Origin: Yuukianura sp. NJ FZ-2021
Lineage: Eukaryota
Length of the DNA stretch: 64,000 bases
Assembly (NCBI GenBank): GCA_046563655.1
Contig: CM102283.1
Location: forward strand, 4,402,001-4,466,000
Direction: 5' to 3'
Shown: piece after piece, positions 60,101 to 64,000 of the stretch
Layout: every line of letters starts with the position of its first letter
Numbering within the stretch: position 1 is the first letter of the stretch
Program-made: the position numbers and the translations under genes
The notes under the pieces: generated by a model
What the model was told of the DNA's origin: nothing
What the model saw: the letters and a program-made list of their open reading frames with translations, nothing else
The model's database searches: none

Positions 60101-63100
60101 TTCGCCTGTGTTTTAAGTTGAAATGAGATATGCTTTGGAACAGCTATTTTATTAAAACCCGCTTGCATTTGGACAAAGAGTAAAGCGGATTCTTTTCCAA
60201 AATTTCTGAGTGCGACCACTAGATTCTAAGGCTATACAGACACATCTAAGTCCATTCTAACGGTATTGTACAATGGTGTTTGATATGCCGCCTTCTATTT
60301 TAGGAATAGTTTCGCTTGTGTTTTAAGTTTAAATTAGATATGCTTTGGAACAGCTATTTTATTAAAACCCGCTTGCATTTGGACAAAGAGTAAAGCGGAT
60401 TCTTTTCCCAAATTTCTGAGTGCGACCACTAGATTCTAAGGCTATACAGACACATCTCATTCCATTCTAACGCTATTATACAATGGTGTTTGATATGCCG
60501 CCTTTTAGTTTAGGAACAGTTTCGCCTGTGTTTTAAGTTGAAATTAGATATGCTTTGGAACGGCTATTTTATTAAAACCCGCTTGCATTTGGACAAAGAG
60601 TAAAGCGGATTCTTTTCCCAAATTTCTGAGTGCGACCACTAAATTCTAAGGATATACAGACACATCTCATTCCATTCTAACGCTATTATACAATGGTGTT
60701 TGATATGCCGCCTTTTAGTTTAGGAATAGTTTCGCTTGTGTTTTAAGTTGAAATTAGATATGCTTTGGAACAGCTATTTTATTAAAACCCGCTTGCATTT
60801 GGACAAAGAGTAAAGCGGATTTTTTTTTCAAAATTTCTGAGTGCGACCACTAGATTCTAAGGCTATACAGACACATCTAAGTCCATTCTAACGCTATTTT
60901 ACAATGGTATTTGATATGCCGCCTTTTAGTTTAGGAACAGTTTCGCCTGTGTTTTAAGTTGAAATGAGATATGCTTTGGAACAGCTATTTTATTAAAACC
61001 CGCTTGCATTTGGACAAAGAGTAAAGCGGATTGTTTTCCCAAATTTCTGAGTGCGACCACTAGATTCTAAGGCTATACAGACACATCTAAGTCCATTCTA
61101 ACGCTATTTTACAATGGTGTTTGATATGCCGCCTTTTAGTTTAGGAACAGTTTCGCTTGTGTTTTAAGTTTAAATTAGATATGCTTTGGAACAGCTATTT
61201 TATTAAAACCCGCTTGCATTTGGACAAAGAGTAAAGCGGATTCTTTTCCCAAATTTCTGAGTGCGACCACTAGATTCTAAGGCTATACAGACACATCTAA
61301 GTCCATTCTAACGGTATTGTACAATGGTGTTTGATATGCCGCCTTCTATTTTAGGAATAGTTTCGCTTGTGTTTTAAGTTGAAATTAGATATGCTTTGGA
61401 ACAGCTATTTTATTAAAACCCGCTTGCATTTGGACAAAGAGTAAAGCGGATTTTTTTCAAAATTTCTGAGTGCGACCACTAGATTCTAAGGCTATACAGA
61501 CACATCTCATTCCATTCTAACGCTATTATACAATGGTGTTTGATATGCCGCCTTTTAGTTTAGGAACAGTTTCGCCTGTGTTTTAAGTTGAAATTAGATA
61601 TGCTTTGGAACAGCTATTTTATTAAAACCCGCTTGCATTTGGACAGAGAGTAAAGCGGATTTTTTTTCAAAATTTCTGAGTGCGACCACTAAATTCTAAG
61701 GCTATACAGACACATCTCATTCCATTCTAACGCTATTATACAATGGTGTTTGATATGCCGCCTTTTAGTTTAGGAACAGTTTCGCCTGTGTTTTAAGTTG
61801 AAATTAGATATGCTTTGGAACAGCTATTTTATTAAAACCCGCTTGCATTTGGACAAAGAGTAAAGCGGATTTTTTTTCAAAATTTCTGAGTGCGACCACT
61901 AAATTCTAAGGCTATACAGACACATCTAAGTCCATTCTAACGGTATTGTACAATGGTGTTTGATATGCCGCCTTCTATTTTAGGAATAGTTTCGCTTGTG
62001 TTTTAAGTTGAAATTAGATATGCTTTGGAACAGCTATTTTATTAAAACCCGCTTGCATTTGGACAAAGAGTAAAGCGGATTCTTTTCCCAAATTTCTGAG
62101 TGCGACCACTAAATTCTAAGGCTATACAGACACATCTCATTCCATTCTAACGCTATTATACAATGGTGTTTGATATGCCGCCTTTTAGTTTAGGAATAGT
62201 TTCGCTTGTGTTTTAAGTTTAAATTAGATATGCTTTGGAACAGCTATTTTATTAAAACCCGCTTGCATTTGGACAAAGAGTAAAGCGGATTTTTTTCAAA
62301 ATTTCTGAGTGCGACCACTAAATTCTAAGGCTATACAGACACATCTCATTCCATTCTAACGCTATTATACAATGGTGTTTGATATGCCGCCTTTTAGTTT
62401 AGGAACAGTTTCGCCTGTGTTTTAAGTTGAAATTAGATATGCTTTGGAACAGCTATTTTATTAAAACCCGCTTGCATTTGGACAAAGAGTAAAGCGGATT
62501 TTTTTTCAAAATTTCTGAGTGCGACCACTAAATTCTAAGGCTATACAGACACATCTCATTCCATTCTAACGGTATTGTACAATGGTGTTTGATATGCCGC
62601 CTTCTATTTTAGGAATAGTTTCGCTTGTGTTTTAAGTTGAAATTAGATATGCTTTGGAACAGCTATTTTATTAAAACCCGCTTGCATTTGGACAAAGAGT
62701 AAAGCGGATTTTTCCCCAAAATTTCTGAGTGCGACCACTAAATTCTAAGGCTATACAGACACATCTCATTCCATTCTAACGCTATTATACAATGGTGTTT
62801 GATATGCCGCCTTTTAGTTTAGGAATAGTTTCGCTTGTGTTTTAAGTTTAAATTAGATATGCTTTGGAACAGCTATTTTATTAAAACCCGCTTGCATTTG
62901 GACAAAGAGTAAAGCGGATTCTTTTCCCAAATTTCTGAGTGCGACCACTAAATTCTAAGGCTATACAGACACATCTCATTCCATTCTAACGCTATTATAC
63001 AATGGTGTTTGATATGCCGCCTTTTAGTTTAGGAACAGTTTCGCCTGTGTTTTAAGTTGAAATTATATATGCTTTGGAACAGCTATTTTATTAAAACCCG

Positions 63101-64000
63101 CTTGCATTTGGACAAAGAGTAAAGCGGATTTTTTTTTTCAAAATTTCTGAGTGCGACCACTAAATTCTAAGGCTATACAGACACATCTAAGTCCATTCTA
63201 ACGCTATTTTACAATGGTGTTTGATATGCCGCCTTTTAGTTTAGGAACAGTTTCGCCTGTGTTTTAAGTTGAAATTAGATATGCTTTGGAACAGCTATTT
63301 TATTAAAACCCGCTTGCATTTGGACAAAGAGTAAAGCGGATTTTTTTCAAAATTTCTGAGTGCGACCACTAAATTCTAAGGCTATACAGACACATCTCAT
63401 TCCATTCTAACGCTATTATACAATGGTGTTTGATATGCCGCCTTCTATTTTAGGAACAGCTTCGCCTGTGTTTTAAGTTGAAATTAGATATGCTTTGGAA
63501 CAGCTATTTTATTAAAATCCGCTTGCATTTGGACAAAGAGTAAAGCGGATTTTTTTTTTCAAAATTTCTGAGTGCGACCACTAGATTCTAAGGCTATACA
63601 GACACATCTAAGTCCATTCTAACGGTATTGTACAATGGTGTTTGATATGCCGCCTTCTATTTTAGGAATAGTTTCGCTTGTGTTTTAAGTTAAAATTAGA
63701 TATGCTTTGGAACAGGCTATTTTATTAAAACCCGCTTGCTTTTGGACAAAGAGTAAAGCGGATTGTTTTCCCAAATTTCTGAGTGCGACCACTAAATTCT
63801 AAGGCTATACAGACACATCTCATTCCATTCTAACGCTATTATACAATGGTGTTTGATATGCCGCCTTTTAGTTTAGGAACAGTTTCGCCTGTGTTTTAAG
63901 TTGAAATGAGATATGCTTTGGAACAGCTATTTTATTAAAACCCGCTTGCATTTGGACAAAGAGTAAAGCGGATTCTTTTCCCAAATTTCTGAGTGCGACC
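54180..64000. repeat. ~210-bp satellite array, about 46 copies, running off the window end
   Basis: The unit aa(c/t)agtttcgc(c/t)tgtgttttaag...gatatgccgccttttagtttagg recurs every 210-213 bp. Confidence 0.99.

Noticed and set aside
54180-64000. Possible CRISPR array or ribozyme-containing repeat
   Set aside because: No unique spacers, eukaryotic context, and no hammerhead core (CTGANGA...GAAA) seen.

Overview
Eukaryotic DNA from a small-intron invertebrate; an arthropod is likely but the species cannot be determined from sequence. Host genes all lie on the minus strand: two tandem paralogs of a small uncharacterised gene (to 2.4 kb), a divergent VPS13 (2.9-18.1 kb), a secreted His/Pro-rich gene with three candidate alternative last exons (19.8-26.3 kb), a microbial-type terpene synthase (27.4-29.7 kb) and CHID1 (30.0-51.3 kb). 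Apart from the partial first paralog, each carries a coding lesion, either a frameshift or a transposon inserted in an exon. CHID1 is split by a 19.7-kb Ty3/Gypsy element. That element contains a second Gypsy element, which in turn contains a hAT-like MITE. The window ends with a decayed protein-primed polB (Polinton/Maverick-type), a 20-bp minisatellite and about 10 kb of ~210-bp satellite. The most striking feature is that the nested Gypsy element (36372-46587) carries a third ORF in the env position, behind a splice acceptor. It encodes an RRP6/EXOSC10-like DEDDy 3'-5' exonuclease with an HRDC domain, fused to acidic repeats and a CCHC zinc knuckle. The two LTRs of this element are identical in U3 but strongly diverged in R/U5.
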